DNA of 64,000 nucleotides from Flavobacterium sp. (GTDB lineage Bacteria; Bacteroidota; Bacteroidia; Flavobacteriales; Flavobacteriaceae): NCBI GenBank assembly GCA_039931915.1, contig JBDTRA010000005.1, positions 16,365 to 80,364 of the forward strand, read 5' to 3'. Shown piece by piece: positions 63,307 to 64,000 of this stretch (position 1 is its first letter; each line of letters starts with the position of its first letter). The notes under the pieces were generated by a model. It saw only the letters and a program-made list of their open reading frames with translations, ran no database searches and was not told where the DNA came from. The position numbers and the translations under genes were made by a program.

Positions 63307-64000
63307 ATGAAAAAAAATAAAGCTTTACTCCTATTATTATTAATTACAACATTAACTTTTGCTCAAAAGAAAGAAAAAATAAAAGGATCTAAAACCGTAA
63401 CTACTTCAATAAAACAAGTGGGTGAATTTAATATTCTTGAGGTTGACGACAATATTGAAGTTTACTTAGAGCGCGGAGAAAAAAATGAAATAAAAATTGA
63501 AGCTGATGATAATTTACATGACATTATCGGAATGGATTTAAGAGGTAATGCGCTTCGGGTATATACTTCAAAACAATCTACTATTTTTAAAAAATTAGCT
63601 GTTCGTATTACGTATACGAAGTCACTAACAAATGTAATTACCAGAAATGAAGCTATGATTTATGCTATTCAGGAACTACAGCTGGATGATATCAGTTTTA
63701 ACAGTTTTGATTATTCTAAATTATTTTTGAATGTAAATGCAAAGAAATTCAATTTAACAGCTGATGATAAATCGAAGAGCGAATTGAATCTAAAATCAGA
63801 GGAAGCCAATTTACAATTAAGTAAGAACGCCTCGATTAAAGCATTGGTGTCTTCCATAAAATTCAAGTGTGATTTATATCAAAAAGCTGTTGCCACACTT
63901 GAAGGTATTGCAGAAAAGGGAACCATCCGTTTAGATAACAATTCGACTTTTACAGGAACAAAATTCAATATTAAGGAAGCAAACTTTACCGCCGAAAGTT
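63307..64000 (+). CDS. second DUF2807/GIN-domain-like protein, 3'-truncated by the window edge
   Basis: ATG at 63307. MKKNKALLLLLLITTLTFAQ signal peptide. ..DDNIEVYLERGEKNEIKIEADDNL.. parallels ..AIDLVIEQSDSTEIIVEADDNL.. of the preceding gene. Confidence 0.6.
   Translation, partial: MKKNKALLLLLLITTLTFAQKKEKIKGSKTVTTSIKQVGEFNILEVDDNIEVYLERGEKNEIKIEADDNLHDIIGMDLRGNALRVYTSKQSTIFKKLAVRITYTKSLTNVITRNEAMIYAIQELQLDDISFNSFDYSKLFLNVNAKKFNLTADDKSKSELNLKSEEANLQLSKNASIKALVSSIKFKCDLYQKAVATLEGIAEKGTIRLDNNSTFTGTKFNIKEANFTAES

Overview
This is an AT-rich Bacteroidota chromosome segment, most probably from a Flavobacterium. The taxon is an inference from T9SS C-terminal sorting domains, a SusC/SusD pair, TAnnTTTG -7 promoter boxes and typical intergenic hairpin repeats.

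Layout:
- 1-5 kb: the xerD 5' end, two divergent porin-like OMP genes (one frameshifted), aroQ and a DUF5686-like protein.
- 5.2-17.7 kb: an accessory polymorphic-toxin locus, the most interesting part of the window.
  - A small T9SS-CTD protein is translationally coupled to a Sec-signal SpvB/FG-GAP/YD-repeat (TcB-TcC-like Rhs) protein of about 2230 aa.
  - That protein is broken by a +1 frameshift at the start of its exchangeable C-terminal module.
  - A lipoprotein immunity candidate follows.
  - Orphan toxin/immunity cassettes come next: a ParB-like nuclease and WHH-nuclease relics with paralogous immunity genes. They are interleaved with three copies of a ~283-bp composite repeat.
- 17.9-27.5 kb: a housekeeping block (CDF transporter, murA, DUF4290, DUF493, ATPase, recQ, fmt, HU, yqgE-like, class IV aminotransferase, SRPBCC).
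- 27.6-33.4 kb: tRNA-Met followed by a 5.7-kb islet bounded by a 43-bp duplicate of the tRNA 3' half. It carries an intact GH31, a shattered GH3 and a helicase scrap.
- 33.6-36.2 kb: small genes and a frameshifted tail-fibre-like gene.
- 36.2-47.5 kb: a pectin-type PUL (SusC, SusD, beta-helix lipoprotein, T9SS-sorted CE8 pectinesterase, a T9SS paralog) with LacI-type palindromic operator candidates on its promoters.
- 48-50 kb: an MFS/AraC pair.
- 50.3-57.3 kb: a copper cluster (Cys-rich protein, DUF3347, HMA-AraC regulator, CopA P-type ATPase, Met-rich HMBD protein, multicopper oxidase fused to a CopB-like domain).
- 57.4-64 kb: an oxidoreductase/HxlR pair, DUF4442, DUF4870 and a PadR-PspC-GIN module.

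I saw no rRNA, CRISPR array, transposase or integrase gene. All functional calls rest on motif recognition by eye; no database search or folding program was run.
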